Assembly (NCBI GenBank): GCA_015062345.1
Contig: SUUV01000003.1
Location: 15,572-79,571 of the forward strand
DNA length: 64,000 nt
DNA from: Alphaproteobacteria bacterium
GTDB lineage: Bacteria; Pseudomonadota; Alphaproteobacteria; RF32; CAG-239
Reading direction: 5' to 3'
Part shown: positions 28,693-41,900 of the stretch, one piece after another
Layout: the number at the start of each line of letters is the position of its first letter
Position numbering within the stretch: position 1 is the stretch's first letter
Notes under the pieces: model-generated
The model's input: only the letters and a program-made list of their open reading frames with translations
Told to the model about the DNA's origin: nothing
Databases searched by the model: none
Made by a program: the position numbers and the translations under genes

Positions 28693-29992
28693 TTTTTGCC
28701 TGCTTTTCTTTCCGTAAATTGTCAAAATATTCTATTCGTTTTTTAATTTCTCGTTCAAAACCTCGTTCCACCGGATAATATAACTTAACTCGACTTATAC
28801 CGTCCGGAAAATAATTTTGCCCCGAAAAACCATCTTCCAAATCTTGGTCATAAATGTAACCTTCTTTATAACCAAGCTGTTTCATCAACTTTGTCGGTGC
28901 GTTTAAGATATGTTTTGGAGGCATTAAAGAACCGGTTTGCTTTGCCAAATCAAAAGCTTTGTACATTGCCTTATAAACACCGGCTGATTTAGGCGCAGTG
29001 GCTAAATATGCCGTCAGTTGCATTATGGCAAGTTCACCTTCGGGCGAGCCCAACCGTTCATAAACTTCGGCACAAGACAAAGCTTGTGTAACCGCATTGG
29101 GGTCGGCAAGTGACACATCTTCAACCGAAAATCGGATTAAACGGCGCAAGATATATCTGGGGTCTTCGCCTGAGGCAAGCATTCTGGCAACCCAGTATAA
29201 AGAAGCATCAACATCAGAGCCTCTTAACGATTTATGCACCGCTGATATCAAATTGTAATGTCCGTCACGACCTTTATCATAAACCGGAGCTCTTGAACGA
29301 ATTATATTTACAATGCTTTCTTTATTAAAAATTTCGCCATCTTTGGCATATGCCCACACACTTTCGGCTAAGTTTAAGATATATCTTCCGTCACCATCGG
29401 CGGTATCTTTCATAAATTCTCGAGCCTCATCATCAACCGGAAGTTTTTTACCCAAAGTTTTTTCGGCTCTTGCAAGCAAAACCTCAAAATCATCAGATGT
29501 TAAACGATTTAGGACAAACACCTGACACCGTGACAACAAAGCGGCATTAAGCTCAAAAGACGGATTTTCGGTTGTAGCACCGACCAAAACCACTGTTCCG
29601 TCTTCAACATACGGCAAAAAACCGTCTTGTTGCGATTTGTTAAACCTGTGAATTTCATCTACAAACAAAAGTGTTCCTTTGCCTTGTGTTGCTCGTCTGT
29701 CTTTGGCATATTGAAACACCCTTTTTAAATCTGCCACACCGGAAAAAACCGCCGAAATCTGCTCAAAATACAAATTTGTATGTTCAGCAATCAGCCTTGC
29801 AATGGTGGTTTTTCCGCATCCCGGAGGTCCCCACAAAATAAAAGATGTAATTTTTTTGGACGCAAGCATTCTGCCGATTGGGGCATTTTCGCCCACGATG
29901 TGGTTTTGCCCGACAACTTCACTTAAGGTCTGCGGGCGCAAACGGTCGGCAAGAGGTCTTTTAACCTGATTTGAGAACAATGTTTCTTCCAT
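28679..29992 (-). CDS. rarA: Replication-associated recombination protein A (AAA+ ATPase).
   Basis: Walker A GPPGCGKTT and LLFVDEIHRFNKSQQD. Confidence 0.9.
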   Translation of the reverse strand: MEETLFSNQVKRPLADRLRPQTLSEVVGQNHIVGENAPIGRMLASKKITSFILWGPPGCGKTTIARLIAEHTNLYFEQISAVFSGVADLKRVFQYAKDRRATQGKGTLLFVDEIHRFNKSQQDGFLPYVEDGTVVLVGATTENPSFELNAALLSRCQVFVLNRLTSDDFEVLLARAEKTLGKKLPVDDEAREFMKDTADGDGRYILNLAESVWAYAKDGEIFNKESIVNIIRSRAPVYDKGRDGHYNLISAVHKSLRGSDVDASLYWVARMLASGEDPRYILRRLIRFSVEDVSLADPNAVTQALSCAEVYERLGSPEGELAIMQLTAYLATAPKSAGVYKAMYKAFDLAKQTGSLMPPKHILNAPTKLMKQLGYKEGYIYDQDLEDGFSGQNYFPDGISRVKLYYPVERGFEREIKKRIEYFDNLRKEKQAKNERK

Positions 29993-30068
29993 AATATCAC
30001 CTATGACATATGTGAATATATCACATTTTTTTTATACAACAACTTTTATTTTTATTTTGCTAAAAAGA

Positions 30069-31295
30069 TTATCCTCGTTCTCGTTGCCCTCTGGTATAGG
30101 CAAGTTCGGCCATATCCACAGATTTGCTTTTGGCAATTTGTTCTTTTTTGCGTCTGATATATTCTTCTTTTTCGCGTCTGATTTGCTGTTCAAGTGCCTT
30201 GTTTTCAGAAAAATCAGCATCTCTTGAAACCTTATTTTCCAAAACCTCTCGCTTGCGCTGTTCAATAATTTTTCTAACCTCGGCATTGTGTTCTTTAGCA
30301 ATTTCTTCTTGCTTTTCATCGTTGTCTTTATGGAATTTTTCCAAAATTTCTTCATCTTTTAACTCTGGCTTTTGGATAACGGCTCGATATATTTGTTTAC
30401 CCATCGTCAAAAGATCTTTAATTGTAATTCCGGGGTGTTTAGTTAAATCAAGTACGCCGAAATTTCCACCGCTTCTGAAAAATGCGGAAAAATCAATCAT
30501 AAACCGACGAACGGCTTTTCTGTTTTTAGGTGCCAATATCTTTTTTAATTCCAGAGGTGTGGGCATTCTTCCCAAGGCTTGGGCTATTTGTTCGGGTGTG
30601 ATGATACATTCGCTTAAATCCCACTCAAAAATATTAACTCCGGTAAAATCAACTCCGGTAAAATCAACTCCTCGCAAATTTACCTGACTTAAATCAAGTC
30701 TGGTAAAATCAAGCATAGTTAAATTCATACGAGCCAGATTTAACTTATGCGGATAGTAAATTGCCAAATATTCCACCAAGGCTTGCAATTCTTCAATGGC
30801 AAGTTCGTCCATTTTTACATCAAGCAAAATTGCATCTTGAATGTCGGCATTAACAAGTGTTACACCGCACAAATTAGCTCCGGTAAAATTGGTACCGATT
30901 AATTTTGCATTTGTAAACACTGCTCCGTCAAGATTTGCACCCGATAAATCGGCTCCAGACAAATCAGCCGCCGTAAAATCTGCTCCACGCAAATCAGCAT
31001 TTTTAAAATCAACTTCTTTTAAATCAGCAGATGAAAAATTGGCATCTTTAAATTGCTCACCGGCATATTTTCCGCCACGAAGAACTTTACCGCTAAAATT
31101 AAAACCGGAATCAAATGTATCTAACGGATGATAAGAGGTGCGCTTGTCGGTGACACTCGAAACAGATTGCCAAGAAAAATTGTTGCGAAAAAGTTTTTCG
31201 ACACTTTGGTCTTGCTCACCTTTTCTGGCATCTTTTACCTTATCACGCATACTGCCGATATTAAAACTCTTTTTATTATTGTCCAACATCGTCAA
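30069..31295 (-). CDS. Pentapeptide-repeat protein with a charged coiled-coil tail.
   Basis: Tandem A(D/N)LxG repeats (ADLRGADFTAADLSGADLSGANL...). Confidence 0.8.
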   Translation of the reverse strand: MTMLDNNKKSFNIGSMRDKVKDARKGEQDQSVEKLFRNNFSWQSVSSVTDKRTSYHPLDTFDSGFNFSGKVLRGGKYAGEQFKDANFSSADLKEVDFKNADLRGADFTAADLSGADLSGANLDGAVFTNAKLIGTNFTGANLCGVTLVNADIQDAILLDVKMDELAIEELQALVEYLAIYYPHKLNLARMNLTMLDFTRLDLSQVNLRGVDFTGVDFTGVNIFEWDLSECIITPEQIAQALGRMPTPLELKKILAPKNRKAVRRFMIDFSAFFRSGGNFGVLDLTKHPGITIKDLLTMGKQIYRAVIQKPELKDEEILEKFHKDNDEKQEEIAKEHNAEVRKIIEQRKREVLENKVSRDADFSENKALEQQIRREKEEYIRRKKEQIAKSKSVDMAELAYTRGQRERG

Positions 31296-31360
31296 ACCCC
31301 TCTTTCTACCACATTAAGTTTACTTTATTTTTTTTAGTTTTACAAATAAAATAATATGTT

Positions 31361-32653
31361 TTATGTTTTTTTATCTTTGCTTATAAACCAAATTCCCAAG
31401 ATACCGGGCAAACAAAACAATGACGATATGGCAAAAAACATTGCCCATGACACATTTTGCGCCAAAAATCCGCTGGTTGCGGCAAACAAATCTCGCGCCA
31501 AACTCATAACCGATGATAAAAGAGCATATTGCGTGGCTGTGTATAACACATTACAAAGTGAAGAAATGTAAGCAACCAATGCGGCCGTTGCCATACCGGA
31601 AGTAAAGTTTTCCAAAGCAATAATCACCGTTAGCAATGTTGTATTATATCCTACTAAGGCTTGAATGCTAAAAAACAATGTAGTAATTCCTTGCAAAAAA
31701 CCGCATATATAAAGCCCTTTTAATATACCGGTTTTACTTAGCATCAGGCCACCTGCAAGACCTCCTAAAATTGCCGCAATCATACCGTAAATTTTGGTAA
31801 TGTAGGCAATTTCGATTTTTGAAAAACCCATATCCGAATAAAACGGCAAATACATCGGAGCAACATAAGCATCGCCCATACGGTAAAAAAAGATTAAAAA
31901 CAATATCCAATACCAGTTTTTGTTTTGCAAAAAATCTTTAAATGGTGCTACAACCGAAGATTTGAAAAAATCTGTAAATGTTTGCTTAGCAGTATCGTCT
32001 TGCGTGTTATATTTAAAGTCCGCATTCGGCTCTTTAACTGTTAACACGGTAACAAAACCGACAACAGAGCCCAAAGACATTAAAAAATAAACATTGTTCC
32101 AACTTGTATATTCGGCAAGCCATAATGCGCCTGCTCCGGAAAAAATCAGTCCCAATCTGTAACCCAAAACAAAAATTGCCGAGCCGGCCGCTTGTTTTTC
32201 GGGTGTTTTACCAAAACACTCCACCCTATAAGCATCTAAAACAATATCTAATGTTGCCGAAGAAAAACTCACCGCAACGGCATAAAGCAACAGTAAGGTT
32301 TTGTTTTCAAGCGGATTGATTCTTGCCATCAACGCAATTGATATAAAAACCAAAATTTGCATCAAAAAAATCCAACTTTTGCGCCTGCCAATTTTCCATA
32401 ACAGCGGAATCTTTACCTTATCGACTATGGGAGACCACAGCCACTTAAACGAATACGGAATTTTTACCAGTGAAAAAGCGCCGATTGCCACCAAGGTAAA
32501 ACCTGCTTCTTTTAACCATAAACTAAGTGTTGAAAAAACAAGCAAAAACGGAAAGCCGCTGGCAAAACCGAACGCACACATTATAAGCATTGTGCGATTT
32601 AAATATATGTCGGCTATGTCTTTTAATTTTCTTAACATACCTGTATTAAACAT
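31361..32653 (-). CDS. ampG: AmpG-family MFS permease (muropeptide transporter).
   Basis: 12-TM MFS with an AmpG-like N-terminus GFASGFPFLLVFSTLSLWLKEAGF. Confidence 0.8.
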   Translation of the reverse strand: MFNTGMLRKLKDIADIYLNRTMLIMCAFGFASGFPFLLVFSTLSLWLKEAGFTLVAIGAFSLVKIPYSFKWLWSPIVDKVKIPLLWKIGRRKSWIFLMQILVFISIALMARINPLENKTLLLLYAVAVSFSSATLDIVLDAYRVECFGKTPEKQAAGSAIFVLGYRLGLIFSGAGALWLAEYTSWNNVYFLMSLGSVVGFVTVLTVKEPNADFKYNTQDDTAKQTFTDFFKSSVVAPFKDFLQNKNWYWILFLIFFYRMGDAYVAPMYLPFYSDMGFSKIEIAYITKIYGMIAAILGGLAGGLMLSKTGILKGLYICGFLQGITTLFFSIQALVGYNTTLLTVIIALENFTSGMATAALVAYISSLCNVLYTATQYALLSSVMSLARDLFAATSGFLAQNVSWAMFFAISSLFCLPGILGIWFISKDKKT

Positions 32654-32690
32654 CTGACAGACTTAATATTAAGTTAAAAGATATGTTCAG

Positions 32691-32807
32691 CCACCTCATT
32701 TTTGATTTAAATATCTTTCATAACTCTTTTTACTTGCAAAAAAAACTGTTTACGATGCGTATTGAAAGGTAAATTTTTGCACCTTTTAAAATTAAGTTTA
32801 ACTATTT
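32691..32807 (+). promoter_or_regulatory. Degenerate promoter-leader module B5: A8 tract, -10 mutated to TACGAT, RBS lost.
   Basis: Aligns to the B consensus with decay. Confidence 0.6.
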
Positions 32808-33105
32808 ATGAGAAAATATTTTCTTTTATCAGCCATAGCCCTCTTGGCTGCAACAAATGTTAATGCAACCACAGACTATGCCGAAGTGACTGCTAGGGCT
32901 AAAATTGAAGTAGCAAATACTTTTGAATGTGATGATGTTGATTGGGGAACAATTGTTGTTAAAGCCGAAAATTAAGAACAGTGATAATGTATTATATGCT
33001 ACATTCAATGCCGACAGTGATAATTTGTGGCCTGTATTAAATATCCCTGCCAATGTTGAACCTGGTGAATACGAGGGCGTGACTACAGTAGTAGTAACTT
33101 ACTAA
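32808..33105 (+). pseudogene. MRKYF family pseudogene: internal deletion plus frameshift.
   Basis: MRKYFLLSAIALLAATNVNATTDYAEVTARAKIEVANTFEC... then a stop at ~32974. The conserved C-terminal ...GEYEGVTTVVVTY continues in another frame (32923..33105). Total length is ~100 codons against ~160 in intact copies. Confidence 0.75.
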
Positions 33106-33166
33106 ATCCATAAAACTCAACACCCCTTAGCCATACGGTTAAGGGGTGTATTTTTAGGTTGAGCAA

Positions 33167-34834
<1,668 letters not shown>

Positions 34835-35122
34835 TTATTGAATTATACCAAGTAAATCTTCTTCACGAATCATTAAAAAGCTTTCGCCGTCTAACTTAAT
34901 TTCGGTGCCGGCATATTTTGCAAACAACACCTTATCTCCTTCTTTAACGGTTAAAGCTATAACTTTTCCGTCAGGAGCAATTTTGCCTGTTCCAACCGCT
35001 TCAACAATGCCTTCTAACGGTTTTTCTTTTGCTGTATCAGGGATAATGATTCCGCCTGAGGTTTTTGTGATTTCTTCAACACGGCGAACCAAAACTCTAT
35101 CGTGTAAAGGTTTAATTTTCAT
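34835..35122 (-). CDS. groES: Co-chaperonin GroES.
   Basis: [14 protein letters not shown]... Confidence 0.95.
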   Translation of the reverse strand: MKIKPLHDRVLVRRVEEITKTSGGIIIPDTAKEKPLEGIVEAVGTGKIAPDGKVIALTVKEGDKVLFAKYAGTEIKLDGESFLMIREEDLLGIIQ

Positions 35123-35208
35123 TTTTGTTTTCTCCATATAATTTTTTACTAATACTTTAGTTAGTGTTTCAAAAAGCTCTTGTCAAGAAGCAAAGCAAAA
35201 TTTTATCA

Positions 35209-36969
35209 TTACTTTATTTGTGTTTTATATAACGAAGCATAAATTGAATTTTCTTTGTTTAATAATTCTTCATGAGTTCCGCTTTCTGCAATTTCTCCAT
35301 AATTTACAACGACAATTTTATCGGCATTACGAACTGTTGAGAGCCTGTGAGCAATTATAAATACCGTTCTGTCTTTCATTAAATTGTATATCGCCTGCTG
35401 AACAACTGCTTCTGATTTATTGTCAAGAGCAGAAGTTGCTTCATCTAAAATAACAATCGGAGCATCTTTAATAAAAGCTCTGGCAATTGCAATTCGTTGT
35501 TTTTGGCCGCCTGAAAGCAGCACTCCTCGTTCACCGATTTGGGTATCAAGGCCTTTTTCCAAACCATTAATAAATTCTTCCAGACAGGCACATTTTATAG
35601 CATCATTTATTTTGTATTCTTCAATATCTGTTCTGCCCAACACAATATTTTCTCTAATTGTGCCCGCAAACAAAAAATTATCTTGAAAGACAATGGCAAT
35701 TTTATCTCTTAACGAGTTTAATTCTATATCTCTGATATCTTGACCATCAATCAATATGTTACCGGATTTCACATCATAAAATCTGGGCAATAAATTAACT
35801 AATGTTGTTTTTCCTCCTCCGGAATTTCCGACAAATGCAATTGTTTCACCACATTTTATTTTAAGATTCACATTTTTTAAAATCGGTTTACCTTTTATAT
35901 ATTCAAAACAAACATCTTGATATTCTATAAAATTTTTAACTTGTTCCAGAGGTTTTGCATTATCACTATTACGAATAACGGGAAGTTCTTCTAACAAGCC
36001 AAAAACACGTTCCATAGCCATTAAAGCCATCTGAACAGAATTAAAATGATTGCCGATAGACTTAACGGGATTATAAAGCATAATAAGAGCCGTAATAAAT
36101 GATACAAAATTTCCGGGAGTTATTTGCTTTGTAACAATTAAATAACTTCCGAGCCAGATAACTGCAGCAATACCTAAAGAAACAATAAAGTGCATTAACG
36201 GTGACATCATACCGGTGCGTTGAACCATTTTCATACCCAACTTAAACACTGAGCGTAATGTTTCTTTAAAACGATTATTTTGGTAATCGTACAAATTATA
36301 CGAGGTTACAATACGGTTTCCGTTAAAGGTCTCATTATAATGGGTCATTACACGAGCCCCTGAAAATATGGTTTTATCCATTACCGATTTAATTTTTCTT
36401 CTAACAGTTGTAAGCGGATACAAAGCTCCTAAAAGGACAATAACTGCCACAATGGCTAATTGCCAAGAATTATAAAAAAGCACCGCAATTAATGAAATTG
36501 AAGAAAACAGTCTGGTGGTAAAAAGTTTTAAGTTCGCTAAAAGTCCGCTACAAGCTAAATCTACATCGTGATTAAACCGAAACAAAATATCACCGGAGTT
36601 CATTTTATCAAAATATGCGGCATTATAATGCATCAGTTTATCAAATAAATCTATTTTAACATCTTGAGCAATTTTTTGCCCCACCCAAGTATTCATATAT
36701 GTTGCAGTATAGTTTAAAAGACTTTGCAAAGAACTAAAAACGATAATCAATATAGGGATTAGCATAGTCTGGCGAGCTGTGGCTTGTTGTTCAAGCATCA
36801 CTACATCCATATAGGGTTTTAATGACCATGCAATAACAGCATCCATTGAACCAATCGGAATAGTAATTAAAACCGCAAGCAAAGCCCTTACCAAATATGG
36901 CCTCACATACGGATATATTTTAGAATAGTTTTTTATAAGATTAGTCTGTTTTATCTTGTCTAATATCAT
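35209..36969 (-). CDS. ABC exporter, fused permease-ATPase (MsbA-like).
   Basis: 6 TM segments plus Walker A GNSGGGKTT, LSGGQKQR, ILDEATSALD. Confidence 0.9.
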   Translation of the reverse strand: MILDKIKQTNLIKNYSKIYPYVRPYLVRALLAVLITIPIGSMDAVIAWSLKPYMDVVMLEQQATARQTMLIPILIIVFSSLQSLLNYTATYMNTWVGQKIAQDVKIDLFDKLMHYNAAYFDKMNSGDILFRFNHDVDLACSGLLANLKLFTTRLFSSISLIAVLFYNSWQLAIVAVIVLLGALYPLTTVRRKIKSVMDKTIFSGARVMTHYNETFNGNRIVTSYNLYDYQNNRFKETLRSVFKLGMKMVQRTGMMSPLMHFIVSLGIAAVIWLGSYLIVTKQITPGNFVSFITALIMLYNPVKSIGNHFNSVQMALMAMERVFGLLEELPVIRNSDNAKPLEQVKNFIEYQDVCFEYIKGKPILKNVNLKIKCGETIAFVGNSGGGKTTLVNLLPRFYDVKSGNILIDGQDIRDIELNSLRDKIAIVFQDNFLFAGTIRENIVLGRTDIEEYKINDAIKCACLEEFINGLEKGLDTQIGERGVLLSGGQKQRIAIARAFIKDAPIVILDEATSALDNKSEAVVQQAIYNLMKDRTVFIIAHRLSTVRNADKIVVVNYGEIAESGTHEELLNKENSIYASLYKTQIK

Positions 36970-36998
36970 TTTATTTTAGTTTTCCTTGTAATAAATAT

Positions 36999-38924
36999 TT
37001 ATATCCATGTAATATATTGATAATCGGGGCTGGCAATAATCAATTGTGTCTTCAATCCTCTTTGATAAGATTTTATATATTTTATATTATTTTTATCTAA
37101 TTTATCAAATATCAATTTAGCGGTATTTTCTTCACCCTCACGCTCTGCATCGTCAAGAATAATTACAAAATTGTCTGATAAATTATTATCAATCAAATCA
37201 AGAATATTTGTTCTGGGATAAAGTCTGTCATATCCGAATGGACCATCAATAATTATCAGATTATATTTCTTATTTTTAGTTATATCATCTAAAGGAGCAT
37301 ATTTATCTGATACGGTATTATTAATTTCAACAGTAATTAAATCTTTTTGATAAATATTAATATTTTTATTTTTCATAATTTTTTGCGAAAAAGCGTCTAT
37401 CCAATTTTGAGAATGCTCAACAATATCAAGTGTGGCTTCTGAATTTTTATAATTAATATATTGAGTTGTTAATTTAGAAGTTTGCCCCAAGCCTAATTCT
37501 AAAATATATTTAGGAGCAAAATCTTCTAATATCTTATATAAAATATAGATAAGTGTATAATTTGCAGCACCTTTTGTAAGCGTAAAATCTTTATGTTTAA
37601 CCCAACATGACTCAAGCCAAGTTTGATTTAAGATATTAGCATACAAATTTTCTCTAGAAATATCTTTTAATTGTGATATTTGTTGATTTAATCTAACAGA
37701 TTCGTTACATTGTTTGATAAATTTATTATTTAAATCTTGAGTTACGATTTTCTGTTCATCAAGTTTTTTTTGAAGATTTCGGATTTGTTGTAATAAATCA
37801 GAAACATTATTTTCAAGTTCTTTTTGACGATTTTTAGCAATTAATTTTTTAGATTTAAATTTAAGTTTTAATCCTAAAATTGTAATGATTTTATGTTTTT
37901 TATTTTTAGGACTATTTTTAACCGAAAATATGTTTTCTGCTAAACTAGAGCCACCAAAATCATTTTTATAATATTTTTTATAATCCTTAGCTATTAAACA
38001 TAACTTGTCAAATTCTTGTTTTGGGAACAAATTTTCTTTAATTTCGTTATTTTTATAAGCTTGTTTATACTCATTTGCTACAATTTTTAACCAATATTTT
38101 TTGTATGTTACATCAATACGGTTATAGTTAAATAAATAATTTCTAAATTTCATATATTGGCAAATATAGATAAATCTATCATACAAAACTGGATCTCTCT
38201 TTAATAAGTTTAAAATATAATCATATTCCACCTTAAAAGCCATAACCTTATCTTTATTCTTAACTGAAGAATTGGGATTATCACGGCGATTCATATAATA
38301 AGGTTTATCTATAAAATACGCTCTTGTTGAATGCCAAAAAGTTTGTAACCAAAAACCATTATCTTGAAAACTTGCACCTGGTGTTTCATTGTGTCGAATA
38401 TTATATTTGTTTAAATATTCTCTTTTATAAATGCCACTCCAAGTATTCATTATAAAATAAAAAGGTTTCTGATCTTCTTGAAGATTGATAACTTTATTAT
38501 AATATTTATTTGACGGATCTAATTTATTATAAAATAATTGTAAAGTATTATCTTTGCCAACAAATCTATTAAAATCAGATTTTACAAAATCTAAATCATT
38601 TTCTTTTGCAACATTATAAAGATCTTCATACATATCCAAAGCGACATAATCATCTGGTTCAACAATGCCAATATATTCCCCTGTTGCATTATCCAAGCCA
38701 ACATTCATAGCTTTACCATAGCCACCATTTTCTTTATGTATTACTTTTACACGGCTATCTTTTGTAGCATATTCATCAAGGATTTTGCCTGAATTATCTG
38801 TTGAACCATCATCAACACATATAATTTCAATATCTTTTAGCGTTTGGTTGACAATAGATTCCATACATTCAACTAAATATTGTTCGACATTATATGTTGG
38901 AACAATTATACTAACTTTTGGCAT
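36999..38924 (-). CDS. GT2-family glycosyltransferase with a C-terminal extra domain.
   Basis: VSIIVPTYNVEQYL...DDGSTD...EPDD. A KKHKIITILGLKLKF motif lies mid-protein. Confidence 0.8.
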   Translation of the reverse strand: MPKVSIIVPTYNVEQYLVECMESIVNQTLKDIEIICVDDGSTDNSGKILDEYATKDSRVKVIHKENGGYGKAMNVGLDNATGEYIGIVEPDDYVALDMYEDLYNVAKENDLDFVKSDFNRFVGKDNTLQLFYNKLDPSNKYYNKVINLQEDQKPFYFIMNTWSGIYKREYLNKYNIRHNETPGASFQDNGFWLQTFWHSTRAYFIDKPYYMNRRDNPNSSVKNKDKVMAFKVEYDYILNLLKRDPVLYDRFIYICQYMKFRNYLFNYNRIDVTYKKYWLKIVANEYKQAYKNNEIKENLFPKQEFDKLCLIAKDYKKYYKNDFGGSSLAENIFSVKNSPKNKKHKIITILGLKLKFKSKKLIAKNRQKELENNVSDLLQQIRNLQKKLDEQKIVTQDLNNKFIKQCNESVRLNQQISQLKDISRENLYANILNQTWLESCWVKHKDFTLTKGAANYTLIYILYKILEDFAPKYILELGLGQTSKLTTQYINYKNSEATLDIVEHSQNWIDAFSQKIMKNKNINIYQKDLITVEINNTVSDKYAPLDDITKNKKYNLIIIDGPFGYDRLYPRTNILDLIDNNLSDNFVIILDDAEREGEENTAKLIFDKLDKNNIKYIKSYQRGLKTQLIIASPDYQYITWI

Positions 38925-38933
38925 TGCTTACTC

Positions 38934-41900
38934 CTATATATTTTCTTTAATTAACTTTATTATATTTTTTTCATAAATATTCATATTTGAAGTTTTTAAA
39001 TATTCTTCACGAGCACTTAATCCCATTTTAGGAATTATTTTTTTATTTTCTACAATATATTTCATTATAGATGCAAGCTCTTGTGTATTACCTGTTTCAA
39101 AAACCCAGCCGGTATTTTTATTTACTACATATTTGGCACCAACATTTTTTGTAACAATTATTGGACAGCTCATCATAATGCCTTCTAATGCAACAAGAGA
39201 ACAGCTTTCATCTGTTGAAGGTACGATAACAACATCTGAGGTTTTGTAAATATTAATTTTTTCGTCGATATTTTTAATTTCACCGATATATTTTATGTTG
39301 TCTTCATTTTCAATTGAGCTAAGTATTTGATTATAATATTTGGTAAAAAATGTACTGTTTATCGTTCTTCCTGCAAATGTTAAAGTTACTTTTTCTTTTA
39401 TTTCCGATGGCAAATTTTTTATGGCTGAAATTGCAACATCCATACCTTTTCTTGGTTCAATAGTTCCTAAGATTAAAAAGTTAATTTTACCATTTTTAAA
39501 ATATTCTTTTTTAGATCCATCTGCAAAATCTTCAACACAGTTATGAACTACTTTAGCTTTTGTTTTATAGTATTTCTTTATAAATTTCTGTGCATACTCA
39601 CTTACACAATAGATGCCCTTAGCTTTTCGCAACAATCTTTCACATCTACCATTATGAAATTTTGGCAAGTTTTGAGCTTCCCTAATGTACCAAACTGTAG
39701 TAACCAAATCTTTAACAATACTGTATGGATAATCAGTTAAAACAGTGTTACATATTGCTAAATCAAATTCTCTAACTTTATCTCTAATTCCTTTTTTTGA
39801 ATAATCTTCTTTGGTAACTATCTTTGTTACAATATTAAATTTTTCGAATTCTCTTTTAAAGTCACCATCTTGCAAAGACCATACTTCAATATCATAATTA
39901 TATTTTTTTAAGACTTTACAAATTCTTAGTAATGAGTGTGGTGAACCAGAATAGCTAAGTTCTTGAGAAATTAAAAGAATTTTGTTAGGAACAAATTTTC
40001 TTAGTTTAATGTGAAATCCCAATATTGTAAGTACTTTATATTTTTTATTGTTAGATCTTTTTATAGAAAAAACATTTTCTATAAAACTATATTTCCCTTT
40101 TTGTTTTCTTGGAAATTTCATCTTGATTCCAAAGACACACAGAACTTTATGGGTTTTTCTTTTATCATTTTTGATTGAAAATATTTTTTCTAAAAAATTA
40201 TATTTTTTATTTTTTACAATTGCGTATTTAATTTTTATCCCCATAAAACATATAATCTTATGCGTTTTTCTAGTGTTTTTTTCTATTGAAAACATTTTCT
40301 TTAACGGTGATAAAATGAATCTTTTAATACTGTGGTGTTTTTTATTAAAATCAAATAATTTTTGAAATTTCCTATCAGAACGTTTAAGCGAAATAAATTC
40401 TAGAGTATTCATAAAATTTTTATTACCATTTAATAACATTTTTTTATAATCATTTTTAGTATATTCTCTTGCGCACTCTGAAATATCTGTTTCATAACCA
40501 ACTGCCGCATACGGAATTGAACCTAAAATATCAGCCGTTTCTTTGTTCATTTCATTCAAATAATATTTAATATATTTTTTTTGAACATTGTATGAATTGA
40601 TAGAAGTTTTATTAATGTTTTCAACATGAGCCATATTTTTAGCATAATCTTTTAAACCTTGAATATAGTTCAGATATCCCCAATCCAAAAGTTTTTGACT
40701 GTTTATTTCATCAAATACCGGTATAACTCTACCATTTTCTTTTTTATAGCCTAGTGTCTGTCCGTCAACATTTCTACACAATAGTTCAATCGTAAAGTGT
40801 TTAAATTGATTAGTTGAGAAATAATTAACTTTTTGCGATTTATCTTTCTGTTTTACTTCAAATGCAGAATGAAAATACAAACTCAATACATCTTTATTAT
40901 ATTTTAAATTAATAATTTCTGATAACAAGTCTTGAGTTCTACCTGTTCCATACAAATCAACAAATGCTATTGTATCCTCACTAAAATCAATTTCTTGCTC
41001 TAAATATTCTAATAATAGCTCTTGTTTTGTTTTATTAATTTCTAAAAGACGATTAATAAAATTTGGATTATTAATTAAATTTTTATACAATTCATTAATA
41101 GCATCATTTTTCAAAATTAAAGAAGTGTCCTCAGTTTCAGCAAAAGTTTTCAACTCACTTACATCTATAAACAAACGGGAAGAAAGAAAATTTAAACTAA
41201 AAATATGTCTATACTCATCAAAAATTCCACTTAAAAATTGTTTAACTGTTTTTTCATTAGGAATTCGCCAAGCTGCACGAGAACCATAAATATATTTTGT
41301 ATTTATAGCTAAGTTTTTAACTTTTATTATTTCATCTGCAATAAGTTTTAAAACATACCCGTCACGAGCTACAAAATACAAGTTTTTTACATTTCTTGTT
41401 TCTGCTTGCTGTAAGATCCAACTGACATAATTATATAAAATAGGACCTGCAAATGAACAGCCAAATTGATAGACAGGTGATTTGTCTTCACTCAACAACC
41501 TTGTTAATCTGGCACACCCAATTAGCAATTGAGAATAAAAATCTTCTTCACATAAATAAGACCTAAACAAGTGCTTATTCTCATAGTCTTTAAATGGCGG
41601 AAATGGAACATGTACAGTCCCCATACCTAATGATTTTGCTTGATTTATATCAGCATGCATATTATCACCACAATGACACCATTTTCCAAAAGGAACATTT
41701 TCAATAGATTGAATGTGTCTATAAAGTGCAGTAGAAGATTTTGTTTTATTAAACTCAGATGAAACATAAATTTTTATGTCATTAAAAATCGAGTCAATGT
41801 GAGTTAAAAACCTTCTGATAGTACTTTCTTCATGATACATATCAGAAATTAAAATAACTCTTTTTCCATTCAAAATTAACTCTTTTATTCTGTTTATATT

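Noticed and set aside
30124-31131. Plus-strand ORFs 30124..30687 and 30841..31131 opposite the pentapeptide-repeat gene.
   Set aside because: They are antisense translations of the repetitive pentapeptide coding sequence (a repetitive Ser/Lys-rich artefact).
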